This document shows positions 1 to 10,042 of a stretch of 64,000 bases of DNA, one piece after another. Made by a program: the position numbers and the translations under genes. This DNA comes from Candidatus Bathyarchaeia archaeon (GTDB lineage Archaea > Thermoproteota > Bathyarchaeia > Bathyarchaeales > Bathycorpusculaceae). The notes under the pieces are model-generated. The model had not been told where the DNA came from. It did no database searches and saw only the letters and a list, made by a program, of their open reading frames with translations. The DNA lies in the NCBI GenBank assembly GCA_038883795.1, contig JAVZLK010000001.1, forward strand, positions 32,001 through 96,000, read 5' to 3'. Position 1 is the first letter of the stretch; each line of letters begins with the position of its first letter.

Positions 1-350
1 GGCTAAAAATTGAGGGAGACAAAGTTCGCGTAGGCATAACAGACTACGCCCAAAAACAACTAAGAGAAATCGTTTATGCGGAACTGCCAAGCCCCGGAAC
101 AATGACAAAACAAAACGAGCCCTATGGAACAGTGGAATCAGTAAAAGCCGTTTCAGACTTGGTCGCGCCAATAAGCGGAGAAATATTAGAGGTAAACACG
201 GAAGTCCAATCAAAACCTGAATTATTAAACGAGGACCCCTATGGGAAAGGTTGGCTGCTAATAATAAAACCATCAAACCTTCAGGGAGAACTCCCTAATC
301 TAATGAACTTTAATCAAGCTGTGGAGTGGCATAAGACGCTGATAAAGTAG
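1..350 (+). CDS. gcvH: Glycine cleavage system H protein (5' end cut by window edge)
   Basis: Frame is open from position 3: LKIEGDKVRVGITDYAQKQLREIVYAELP, then the lipoyl-Lys motif VESVKAVSD and NEDPYGKGWL. Confidence 0.95.
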   Translation, partial: LKIEGDKVRVGITDYAQKQLREIVYAELPSPGTMTKQNEPYGTVESVKAVSDLVAPISGEILEVNTEVQSKPELLNEDPYGKGWLLIIKPSNLQGELPNLMNFNQAVEWHKTLIK

Positions 351-362
351 AGATGGAAACTT

Positions 363-1709
363 ATGCCCAGACGCATAGTCATAATAGGGGCTCACGCCGC
401 TGGAGTAGATGCAGCATCTGCAGCGAGAAAAACAGACCGTACAGCAGAAATAACCCTAATAACAGATGAGAAACATGCTGGTTATTCCCGCTGCGGCTTA
501 CCTTTCGTCATAGGCGGACACATACCAAGCTTTAATGACCTAATAGTTTTCCCGCCAAGCTACTTCCAAATGATGAAACTCAACCTAAAAACAGAAACAA
601 AAGTGACAAAGATAGACGCAACCAAAAAAGTTGTTCTGACAACGGATAAAACTGGAAAAACAGAAGAAATTCCTTACGACAGCCTAATAATAGCCGCTGG
701 CGCCAGCGCCTTCACACCACCAATAAAGGGAAGAGAAAAACCCGGAATTATCCCTCTAAGAACAATAGAGGACGGACAAAAAATAGTTCAAGCAGTCAAA
801 GAAGGCGCAAAGTCAGCCGTTGTCATGGGCGCAGGACTCATTGGCTTAGAAACTGCTGTTGCCCTGCAGGAGAAAGGGCTGGAAGTAACAGTGGTGGAAA
901 TGCTGCCCCAAATTTTGCCAGCAATGCTCGACGCAGACATAGCAAAAATGGTTCAAGAAATGCTAGAACAAAAGGGAATAAAGATTCTCACAAACAAGCC
1001 AGTTGAAGAATTTCTCGGCGCAGAAAAGGTTACAGGCATAATAGCAGGAGGAGAGCAGATAAACGCGGATCTTTTCGTCAGCGCCTTCGGCGTTAGGGCA
1101 AACACGCAGCTTGCCGTGGATGCCGGAATAGCCACGGGAGAAACAAGGGCCATCAAAACAAATGCTAGAATGGAAACAAACGTAAAGGATGTTTATGCTG
1201 TTGGCGACTGTGCAGAATCCACCCACATAGTCACACAAAAACCAGCCCTTCAACAACTGGGAACAGTGGCTGTAAGACAAGGAAAAGTTGCTGGAATAAA
1301 TGCCGCTGGAGGCTATGCACTTTTCACAGGTGTTTTAGGCTCTGCTGTGACGCAGCTATATGATACGCAAGTGGGCGTAACGGGTTTGACAGAGGCAGCA
1401 GCCCAAAGGGCACGAATAGAAACCGTTACTGGAACTATATCCTCAAAGACTAAAGCCGATTATTATCCGGGTGCCTTGCCAATAAAAGTGAAATTGGTTG
1501 TTGAAAAAGAATCGCAAAGAATTATTGGCGCTCAAATCATAGGCGGCGAAGAAGTAACCCAACGCATAAACGCCATATCTTTAGCTATACAAAAACAGAT
1601 GACGGTGCGCGAACTTGCTAAGGCGGACACTGCTTATGCGCCGCCGCTCTGCGAAACTTGGGAGCCATTGGTTCTGGCTGCAGAAATGGTTCTGATGAAG
1701 CTACGCTAA
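363..1709 (+). CDS. FAD-dependent pyridine nucleotide-disulfide oxidoreductase (NADH oxidase/CoA-disulfide reductase family)
   Basis: IIGAHAAG FAD motif, single redox Cys in YSRCGLP, GAGLIGLE NAD(P) motif, YAVGDC, C-terminal YAPP. Confidence 0.9.
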   Translation: MPRRIVIIGAHAAGVDAASAARKTDRTAEITLITDEKHAGYSRCGLPFVIGGHIPSFNDLIVFPPSYFQMMKLNLKTETKVTKIDATKKVVLTTDKTGKTEEIPYDSLIIAAGASAFTPPIKGREKPGIIPLRTIEDGQKIVQAVKEGAKSAVVMGAGLIGLETAVALQEKGLEVTVVEMLPQILPAMLDADIAKMVQEMLEQKGIKILTNKPVEEFLGAEKVTGIIAGGEQINADLFVSAFGVRANTQLAVDAGIATGETRAIKTNARMETNVKDVYAVGDCAESTHIVTQKPALQQLGTVAVRQGKVAGINAAGGYALFTGVLGSAVTQLYDTQVGVTGLTEAAAQRARIETVTGTISSKTKADYYPGALPIKVKLVVEKESQRIIGAQIIGGEEVTQRINAISLAIQKQMTVRELAKADTAYAPPLCETWEPLVLAAEMVLMKLR

Positions 1710-1805
1710 GCCTAATTCATATTTCCTCCAAAAAGGCGGTCGGAAAATTAATTAGGGGAAAACTTCGATTAGATAATTCAAAATCGGAGAGTAGGTGAAA
1801 AGTAA

Positions 1806-2819
<1,014 letters not shown>

Positions 2820-2860
2820 CCTTAAAACTCCCTCATTTTTCTTTTCAATGAGGTGAAAAA

Positions 2861-4090
2861 ATGGTAAAGTTTCTAACGTTGGATGACGTGGAAGTGAAAG
2901 GTAGAGTCGTGCTTGTACGGGTGGATTTTAACTCCGCAGTAGATCCGGAAACCAAGAAAATCTTGGAAGATGTGAGAATTCGAGCTCACGGCGAGACAAC
3001 CATAAAAGAGTTGGCAGATAAGGGCGCAAAAGTTGTGGTTTTAGCGCATCAAGGAAGAAAGGGCGACCCAGATTTTATACCATTAAAACAGCACGCAGAA
3101 ATCCTCAGTAAAATTTTGGGAAAACCAGTCAAATACGTAGATGATGTTTTCGGAGAAAAAGCCAAAAACGAAATAAAAAATTTGAAGAACGGCGAAATCC
3201 TCGTTTTAGAAAATGTTAGAACATATGCAAATGAAACAAAAGAGGGAACTCCCGAAGAACATGCAACAACGGATTTTGTTAAAAATTTGGCTCCACTAGC
3301 TCAATTGTTTGTGAATGATGCTTTTGCAGCAGCTCACAGGGCCCACGTTTCAATAATAGGTTTTACGGCTGTTTTGCCAAGCGTAGCAGGACGCATAATG
3401 GAAAGGGAGCTAAAATCCCTAAGCAAAGTCTTAGAAAATCCAGAAAAACCATGCGTATTCATTCTTGGAGGAGCAAAGGCAGACGATTCGCTGGAAATAT
3501 CAAGATACGTATTAAACAACAAAATAGTAGATTACGTCTTAACAGGCGGCGTTGTCGGACATGTCTTCCTCGCAGCAAAGGGCATAAATCTTGGCAAACC
3601 AAACATGGAGTTTTTGGAAAAGAAAGCGCTCATGGGCTTGGTGCCAGGCATAAAAGAGCTTATGCAAAAATATCCAGATAAAATTAAAACTCCGAAGGAT
3701 TTGGCTGTAGAAGTTGATGGAAAAAGAAAAGAAGTTTCCATTAATGAATTACCAGTGAACTATCAAATCTTTGACATTGGAGCGAAAACTGTTGAGGATT
3801 ACGCCACCACGATAAAGGCGGCAAAATCCATTGTTGTCAGCGGACCTATGGGAGTTTTCGAAAACAGTGAATTCATTTATGGAACGAAGAGGGTTTTTGA
3901 AGAAATAGCCAAATCAAAAGCTTTCTCGCTTGCTGGAGGCGGCCACACAATCTCAGCCCTAGAAAAGCTTGGGTTATCAAACAAAATTTCCTATGTTAGC
4001 ACAGCAGGCGGAGCACTAATAGAGTTTTTGATGGGTAAAAAGTTGCCTGGCGTTGTAGCCTTAGAAAAGGCGGCAGCTAGAAAAACCTAA
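2861..4090 (+). CDS. pgk: Phosphoglycerate kinase
   Basis: RVDFN, LENVR, NDAFAAAHRAH, LGGAK, GPMGVFE, STAGGA; GAGGTGA SD. Confidence 0.97.
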   Translation: MVKFLTLDDVEVKGRVVLVRVDFNSAVDPETKKILEDVRIRAHGETTIKELADKGAKVVVLAHQGRKGDPDFIPLKQHAEILSKILGKPVKYVDDVFGEKAKNEIKNLKNGEILVLENVRTYANETKEGTPEEHATTDFVKNLAPLAQLFVNDAFAAAHRAHVSIIGFTAVLPSVAGRIMERELKSLSKVLENPEKPCVFILGGAKADDSLEISRYVLNNKIVDYVLTGGVVGHVFLAAKGINLGKPNMEFLEKKALMGLVPGIKELMQKYPDKIKTPKDLAVEVDGKRKEVSINELPVNYQIFDIGAKTVEDYATTIKAAKSIVVSGPMGVFENSEFIYGTKRVFEEIAKSKAFSLAGGGHTISALEKLGLSNKISYVSTAGGALIEFLMGKKLPGVVALEKAAARKT

Positions 4091-4103
4091 ACTTTCCCCC
4101 TTT

Positions 4104-5402
4104 TTATGTCTTTGTCAATTTCTCCATCAAATCTACGACTTTTGGCTCTCCTTCCTCTTGCGGGTGCTGGAGCGAATGGTATATTTGTAGAGTTTGCTCT
4201 GCAACCTTTTTCCATGTAAAGTACTGCAGCACTCGCTTTCTGCCATTTTCTCCCCACCTTTTAGCCCTTTCAGAATCACATAAGACTTCTTTTATGCCCC
4301 ATGCAATGTCAGCCGCGTTTCCGCCGTTTACGTGAACACCGTTTTGGTCTGGTCCACAAGAGATGACTTGTTCCCTGAAGCCGACAACGCCTTGGGCTCC
4401 TACGACTAATGGTTTAGCCATAGCCATGGCTTCTAAGCTTACTATTCCGAAGGGCTCGTATGTGGATGGGAAGATACAGACGTCAGCCGCTGCATAGTGT
4501 AAGATGCGTTCTTTTTCTGGCACGAAGTCGAATCTGTAGGCAACTTTGTTGCTTATTCCAAGCCTGTTTGCAGTTTCAATTATGTCGTTTTGCTGTTCGC
4601 CCTTTCCTAAGACCACAAGTTTGGCTTTTGGATATTCCTCCAGAACCATGGGCATTGCTTGAATTAGGTTTCCAACCCCCTTAACCCAAGTTAGCCTTCC
4701 AAGGAACAGTAACATTTTTTCGTCGGGTTTAATGCCATACCTGTTCCGAATAGCTTCCACTTCTTCGGGTTTGCAGTTTTTCGGATTATAACGGACTGGG
4801 TCAACCCCGTTCCAGACAACGCTTATTTTTGATTTTGGCCAGCCATGCCTCACTAAGTCTTCTTGCATGGCATGGCTTACAGTTATTATTTTGTCAGCCC
4901 TTTGAGCTGTTGCCCATTCAAGATAGGAAACGACTTCGGAGCCTGTTCCTCCGCTTCTGCCCCATTCTGTGCTGTGGACGTGAAAAACCATGGGAACCTT
5001 TGTCTCATTTTTTATTATGATACCAGCTATGCTGCTGAGCCAGTCATGTACGCAGACTACGTCGTAGTTGCATCCTTCCTTTTTGAGCATGCTGTTTATG
5101 AATTTTGTTGCACTCAATATGTTGTAAATGAAAATGTCGTTGAAGAGGCGAATGTTTGTACCCCACTTTTTCAAGTCATCAATGACGAACATGGGGAAAA
5201 CGTTGCTTGCATTCGCAATTAGGGGTCTGTGAACTTCAACACCCTTAATTATTTCTCTGGTTTTCAAGTTTCCGGGGTTAAGCGTAAAAACAGTTACATC
5301 ATTTCCCATAGAAACAAATTCTCGAGTTATATATTCTGCGTAGGTACCCAAACCACCAACAAGCGCTGGTGGGTATTCCCAGACAAAGAAGCCAATTCTC
5401 AA
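4104..5402 (-). CDS. GT4 glycosyltransferase (glycogen/alpha-glucan synthase-like)
   Basis: WEYPPALVGGLG, HDW, HSTEWGR, EPFGIVSLEAMA; TTG start with GGTGA SD. Confidence 0.88.
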   Translation of the reverse strand: MRIGFFVWEYPPALVGGLGTYAEYITREFVSMGNDVTVFTLNPGNLKTREIIKGVEVHRPLIANASNVFPMFVIDDLKKWGTNIRLFNDIFIYNILSATKFINSMLKKEGCNYDVVCVHDWLSSIAGIIIKNETKVPMVFHVHSTEWGRSGGTGSEVVSYLEWATAQRADKIITVSHAMQEDLVRHGWPKSKISVVWNGVDPVRYNPKNCKPEEVEAIRNRYGIKPDEKMLLFLGRLTWVKGVGNLIQAMPMVLEEYPKAKLVVLGKGEQQNDIIETANRLGISNKVAYRFDFVPEKERILHYAAADVCIFPSTYEPFGIVSLEAMAMAKPLVVGAQGVVGFREQVISCGPDQNGVHVNGGNAADIAWGIKEVLCDSERAKRWGENGRKRVLQYFTWKKVAEQTLQIYHSLQHPQEEGEPKVVDLMEKLTKT

Positions 5403-5469
5403 AAAATCACCAGTAAAATTTTGTGCCAGAATTCTTATGGAGCAGATAAAATTTTGGGATGTAGCAGTT

Positions 5470-6171
5470 TTAGAATAGTTTTAGCTTCCTCTTTGGCTCT
5501 TCTTTGGGTGGCATAGGAGACTCTTCTTTTAGTTTTTCCGCTGGTGGTGGAGGCGGTGGAAGCTCCTCCTTCGGTGGCTCTAATGGGGATTTTGGCGGTT
5601 CTGGCTCTTCTTTCTTTTCGCTCGGTTCAGGTTCATGTTCCTTTTTCTTCAAAGGTTTTACTTCACGCTTTTTTTCAGTAGACTTTTCTTCCTTTGGTTT
5701 TTCAATGGGCTTCCATGTAAAAATGGGTTGGAGGCGGAGGCCCTTATGGTCTCCGAGTTTTAGGTATTCCCATTCGTATAAGTCGATGCGTATTCCTTTC
5801 ATGCCCTCAACTGCACGGCGCACGGCATCAGAAAAGCTTGGCGCAATCAAAATCAGTCTTGGTTTTTCTTTGTCATCAATCTTGTGTTTGTTGTATGTGG
5901 CTTTAAGAAATGACTTGAACTTGTCAACATAGTCTACGCTTTGTATTCCATGCAAAAGCATAATGTCATCTTCCTTCACGTCCAACTGAAGAATAACAAG
6001 TTGTCCATTGCTGTCATGACACAAAATGTCTAAGGATGCCTTCTCGTTTATTGGCACATTGCTGCAAATCATCGTCAAACCCTTTTCTATTTGGTTTATC
6101 TCATTCGTTATCATTTGCTCTAGTTCGTGACGACTTTCTACACTAATTTTTTCTATGGACACACGGTTCAC
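5470..6171 (-). CDS. NucS/DUF91-like PD-(D/E)XK-fold protein with degenerate active site and Lys/Glu/Pro-rich tail
   Basis: ELEQMI..IEKGL..LDILCHDSNGQLVILQL..PRLILIAPSF resembles the NucS C-terminal domain; roughly 75 aa low-complexity C-terminus. Confidence 0.6.
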   Translation of the reverse strand: MNRVSIEKISVESRHELEQMITNEINQIEKGLTMICSNVPINEKASLDILCHDSNGQLVILQLDVKEDDIMLLHGIQSVDYVDKFKSFLKATYNKHKIDDKEKPRLILIAPSFSDAVRRAVEGMKGIRIDLYEWEYLKLGDHKGLRLQPIFTWKPIEKPKEEKSTEKKREVKPLKKKEHEPEPSEKKEEPEPPKSPLEPPKEELPPPPPPAEKLKEESPMPPKEEPKRKLKLF

Positions 6172-6321
6172 CTTTGCTTTTAAAGAGCTAATGAAACGGA
6201 TAAATAGATTATGAATTCCAAATTCGAATCTGACCTAAACTTTCCACAACAGCGCTTATCGCATAGCAAATTAGAAATAAACACCAAAAGATAATAGAAG
6301 AAAACAGAGGCGCCAAAACAT

Positions 6322-7869
6322 TTGACAGACATCGTACTCGTATTCGAGGTTCATCAGCCCCACAGATTAAAGCGAAATTTCTTCTGGGAAAACAAAATTT
6401 TCAAACGCCTAAAAAAGAAAGAACTTTTTGATTATTATTTTGACCTTCCAGTAAACAGAGACGTTTTTGACAGAGCATGCAAAAAATGCTATTTTCCATC
6501 AAACCAAATACTGCTCGAACTAATTGATAAACACAAAAGAGAGAAAAAACGGGTAAAAGTTTCCTTTAGCCTTTCAGGAATATTTTTAGAACAGTGTGAA
6601 ATGTTTAACAAAGACCTTTTAGAATCCTTCAAACAACTCGCCGAAACGGGCTGCGTGGAATTTCTATGTCAAACTTATTATCACTCGCTGGCAAGCCTCT
6701 ACCCGGAAAAAGAAGAATTCATCGAGCAGGTGAAATTGCACCAACAAATAACAAAGGACCTTCTAGGGGTTACACCAAAAGTTTTTGAAAATACCGAATT
6801 GCTCTACAACAACGCTGTTGCCAGAACCGTAGAAAAAATGGGGTTTAAGGGAATCTTCACAGAAGGCGCCGAAAGAATCTTACATGAAAAATCGCCAAAT
6901 TACCTTTACGTGCCTAAAGGATGCACAAAAATCAAAATATTACTGCGAAATTACAAACTAACTGATGACATAGGATTCAGATTCTCTGCAAGATGGTGGA
7001 GCGAATGGCCACTAACAGCAGACAAATACGCAAGCTGGTTGGCAGCAACTCCGGGCCAATGTATTAACATTTTTCCAGACTACGAAACCTTCGGTGAACA
7101 CCATTGGCCAGAAACTGGTATACATGACTTCCTAAGACATTTGCCACGTGAAATTTTGAAATGGTGGCATCTGCACATGGCCACACCTTCGGAAGTCGTG
7201 GAAAAATATCAACCCGTGGGAGAAATTGATGTTCCTGAACTTGGCGGAACAGTTTCTTGGGCTGATTTGGAAAGGGATGCCAGTTGTTGGCTTGGAAACA
7301 CCATGCAGTGGGCCTACTACACAAACGTGAGAAAACTTGAAGCCCTTGTGAAAGAAGCAGAAGATAAAGATTTTATGAAAATTTGGAGATACTTCCAAAC
7401 AAGCGACCACCTTTACTACATGTTCACTGCAGGAGGAGCACCAGGAGAAGTCCACTCTTATTTTAGCCCTTTCAACTCTCCAATGGATGCCTTTGTAACC
7501 GCCCAAGCCGCGATACTTGATTTTGAAAATAGGGTGCGCCTTGCAATAGTTGCGGCGGATGAACCTTTTCTGTTCTATACTGGTGTGGGCAAAGAATACT
7601 ATACGGGAATTATGGCATGGAGCCTAAAAGGTTTCATAAAGGCGCTTCAGCGGGTTGACATAAAATCTTTAGAATTTCATAATGCCCGTGAGGATTTTGA
7701 GCGTTGGGCAGAAAAATCGCTTCACGACAAAGAATTGGCAGAACAACTAAAGAAGACAAAGCTTGAAAAGCTGGGAGGAGAAAACCTAAGGAAGACGCTA
7801 ATAAGAATCGCAAAAGAAAGATACAACAGCATGAGTAGGCAAGTGCAAATGGCTACAAAATACTTTTGA
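6322..7869 (+). CDS. GH57 alpha-amylase family protein with C-terminal DUF5752-like domain
   Basis: FEVHQP, QTYYHSL, FENTEL, DYETFGEH, QTSDHLYY; C-terminal PFLFYTG..SLEFH..DFERW. Confidence 0.9.
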   Translation: MTDIVLVFEVHQPHRLKRNFFWENKIFKRLKKKELFDYYFDLPVNRDVFDRACKKCYFPSNQILLELIDKHKREKKRVKVSFSLSGIFLEQCEMFNKDLLESFKQLAETGCVEFLCQTYYHSLASLYPEKEEFIEQVKLHQQITKDLLGVTPKVFENTELLYNNAVARTVEKMGFKGIFTEGAERILHEKSPNYLYVPKGCTKIKILLRNYKLTDDIGFRFSARWWSEWPLTADKYASWLAATPGQCINIFPDYETFGEHHWPETGIHDFLRHLPREILKWWHLHMATPSEVVEKYQPVGEIDVPELGGTVSWADLERDASCWLGNTMQWAYYTNVRKLEALVKEAEDKDFMKIWRYFQTSDHLYYMFTAGGAPGEVHSYFSPFNSPMDAFVTAQAAILDFENRVRLAIVAADEPFLFYTGVGKEYYTGIMAWSLKGFIKALQRVDIKSLEFHNAREDFERWAEKSLHDKELAEQLKKTKLEKLGGENLRKTLIRIAKERYNSMSRQVQMATKYF

Positions 7870-7932
7870 TTAACTTGCCTATCCTTTATAAGAAAACACT
7901 ACTAAACTATAGTTGAGATTAGGTTAAGGCGA

Positions 7933-8190
7933 ATGCCTATGAGGGAAGAACTGCCACTCTCGGAAAAAATTCTACAAACATTACATAATCTTTGCGCCAC
8001 CGCCCCAGACCTCGCCAGAAGAAGCGAGGAGGTAGCACAAATTCTGCAAATTAACATAATTGAGGTGGAGAAAACTTTGGACAATTATAAGCTTGAGGGT
8101 TTTGTTGAAAGCTTCTGTGACAATGAAGGCAAAATGCGCTATTACTTGACGGGGAGAGGCATAATAAAAGTTTGTGCACTTTTCACGTAG
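7933..8190 (+). CDS. Small winged-helix-like protein
   Basis: Helical core followed by a wing pattern EGFVES..YYLTGRG; TATA-like TTTATAAG upstream. Confidence 0.6.
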   Translation: MPMREELPLSEKILQTLHNLCATAPDLARRSEEVAQILQINIIEVEKTLDNYKLEGFVESFCDNEGKMRYYLTGRGIIKVCALFT

Positions 8191-8198
8191 TGAAAACA

Positions 8199-8825
8199 AT
8201 GCATGTTATAATTTTCTCTTGGGAATATCCGCCGAGAGTTGTGGGACAACTCGCCAATTACGTTAAAGAAGTTGCAGTGCAATTAGCAAAAAACAAGGTA
8301 AAAACCACCGTTGTCACATATCATGATTATTTGACTGGACAATACGAGGAGCCGGAAGGCGTCATAACTTATAGAGTAACAAATCCAGTGCGCACCCACA
8401 TTGGCGTTCTCACATGGGTTCTAACCTTAAATCAGGAAGTTGAAAGGGCAGCCGCAAACATCTACTACAACACGCAAAGGCAAGTGGATTTGATAGATGT
8501 GCATGATTGGCATTTCACGCCAGCAGCAGTCACATTAAAAAAGGCGCTAAATTTGCCCTTTATTTTTTCAGTTGAAAGCCTTGAAGAACACCGTTCCCAC
8601 GGAGCGAATTCGCCTTTTAATATGGCTATTAAAAGCATTGAATGGTTGGGAATGTATGAAGCAGCAAAACTGATTGTTAAGTCTGAATGGATGCGAGACG
8701 AAGTTTATAGATTATACAAGGTTCCATTAGAAAAGATAAGGGTGATTCCACCAAAATCCGCCAACTGGTTTAAGAACATTTTGGAAACCTACAAAAATGT
8801 TACTGGAGGCACGGCTTCCCAATGA
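8199..8825 (+). CDS. GT4 N-terminal-domain-only protein
   Basis: SWEYPPRVVG, HDW; no C-terminal EPFG..EA domain; ATGA overlap with the next gene. ATG 8199 preferred over 8172. Confidence 0.8.
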   Translation: MHVIIFSWEYPPRVVGQLANYVKEVAVQLAKNKVKTTVVTYHDYLTGQYEEPEGVITYRVTNPVRTHIGVLTWVLTLNQEVERAAANIYYNTQRQVDLIDVHDWHFTPAAVTLKKALNLPFIFSVESLEEHRSHGANSPFNMAIKSIEWLGMYEAAKLIVKSEWMRDEVYRLYKVPLEKIRVIPPKSANWFKNILETYKNVTGGTASQ

Positions 8826-10030
8826 GTAAGGAATTGACTGTTATGATGCTTACGTGGGAGTTCCCACCAAGAATCATTGGTGGAATATCCCCCCACGTTT
8901 ATTATTTATCAAGAAATTTGGCGAAAAATGGCGTCAAAGTCTATGTGGTTACATGCGATTTTCCCGGGGCGCCCCAACATGAGGTTATTGATGGTGTAGA
9001 AGTTTTTAGAGTTGATTCTTATAAGAATCCTTCGCCGGATTTTGCTACATGGGTTTATTTGATGAATGTTAACATGCAAAGGGAAGCAGCAGCCCTAGTT
9101 AACAGCCTCGGTGGAAAAGTTGACATTTTTCATGCTCACGATTGGCTTGTGGCAAACGCTGGAATAGGCTTAAAACATGTCTTTAGAAAACCCCTTTTAG
9201 CGACTATTCATTCTACGGAAATTGGTCGGCGAAACGGAATTCACTTTGATTACGAAAGAATGATTCACGAAACAGAAGCATGGCTTACATACGAAGCATG
9301 GAAAGTCATATGCTGCAGTGATTATATGGTTTCGCATGTTAAATGGGCATTTGGGCTTCCCACAGACAAATTGATCATGATTCCAAACGGTGTAGAAGCA
9401 GAAGCATACACAAAGATAGAGAATGAAGATTTAAGCAGTTTCAGAAGCAAATTCGCCTTACCAGAAGAAAAAATTGTACTTTTCGTGGGAAGGCTAGTAT
9501 ATGAGAAAGGTGTTCACGTGCTGGTTAACGCTGTTCCAAAGGTTTTGGAGAAAGTTAACGCCAAATTTGTGATAGTAGGTAATGGTTACATGAAAGAACA
9601 ACTCTCAAACATTGTTAAGAACATGGGATTAGCCCACAAAGTTCACTTCACAGGTTTTGTAGACGATGAAACCCTAAGAAAACTGCAGAAATGCGCAGAT
9701 GTTTCTGTTGTGCCATCCCTTTTCGAACCCTTCGGAATAGTTGCTCTGGAAGCTATGGCAGCTAAAAGCCCAGTAGTGGTTTCAGACACGGGTGGTTTAT
9801 CTGAAATAGTTGAGCATGAAGTTACTGGAGTAAAGGTTTATGCAAACAACCCTGAATCCCTAACATGGGGAATAACAAGAGTGTTACTTGACGAAAATTT
9901 TGCAAAAATAATAAGAGAAAATGCGTACAAAAAAATTCAAGAAAAATATAATTGGAGTAGAATAGCCCAACAAACGAAAGCCACTTACGAAACCGTTTTA
10001 GGCGAATATTTAAAAAGCTTCTGGGCTTGA
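8822..10030 (+). CDS. GT4 glycosyltransferase (glycogen/alpha-glucan synthase-like)
   Basis: WEFPPRIIGG, HAHDW, VGRLVYEKG, EPFGIVALEAMA. Confidence 0.9.
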   Translation: MSKELTVMMLTWEFPPRIIGGISPHVYYLSRNLAKNGVKVYVVTCDFPGAPQHEVIDGVEVFRVDSYKNPSPDFATWVYLMNVNMQREAAALVNSLGGKVDIFHAHDWLVANAGIGLKHVFRKPLLATIHSTEIGRRNGIHFDYERMIHETEAWLTYEAWKVICCSDYMVSHVKWAFGLPTDKLIMIPNGVEAEAYTKIENEDLSSFRSKFALPEEKIVLFVGRLVYEKGVHVLVNAVPKVLEKVNAKFVIVGNGYMKEQLSNIVKNMGLAHKVHFTGFVDDETLRKLQKCADVSVVPSLFEPFGIVALEAMAAKSPVVVSDTGGLSEIVEHEVTGVKVYANNPESLTWGITRVLLDENFAKIIRENAYKKIQEKYNWSRIAQQTKATYETVLGEYLKSFWA

Positions 10031-10042
10031 AAATTGGCGCAA

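Noticed and set aside
5504-5932. Gly/Ser/Phe-rich 142-aa ORF
   Set aside because: Antisense shadow of the Pro/Glu/Lys tail of 5470..6171.
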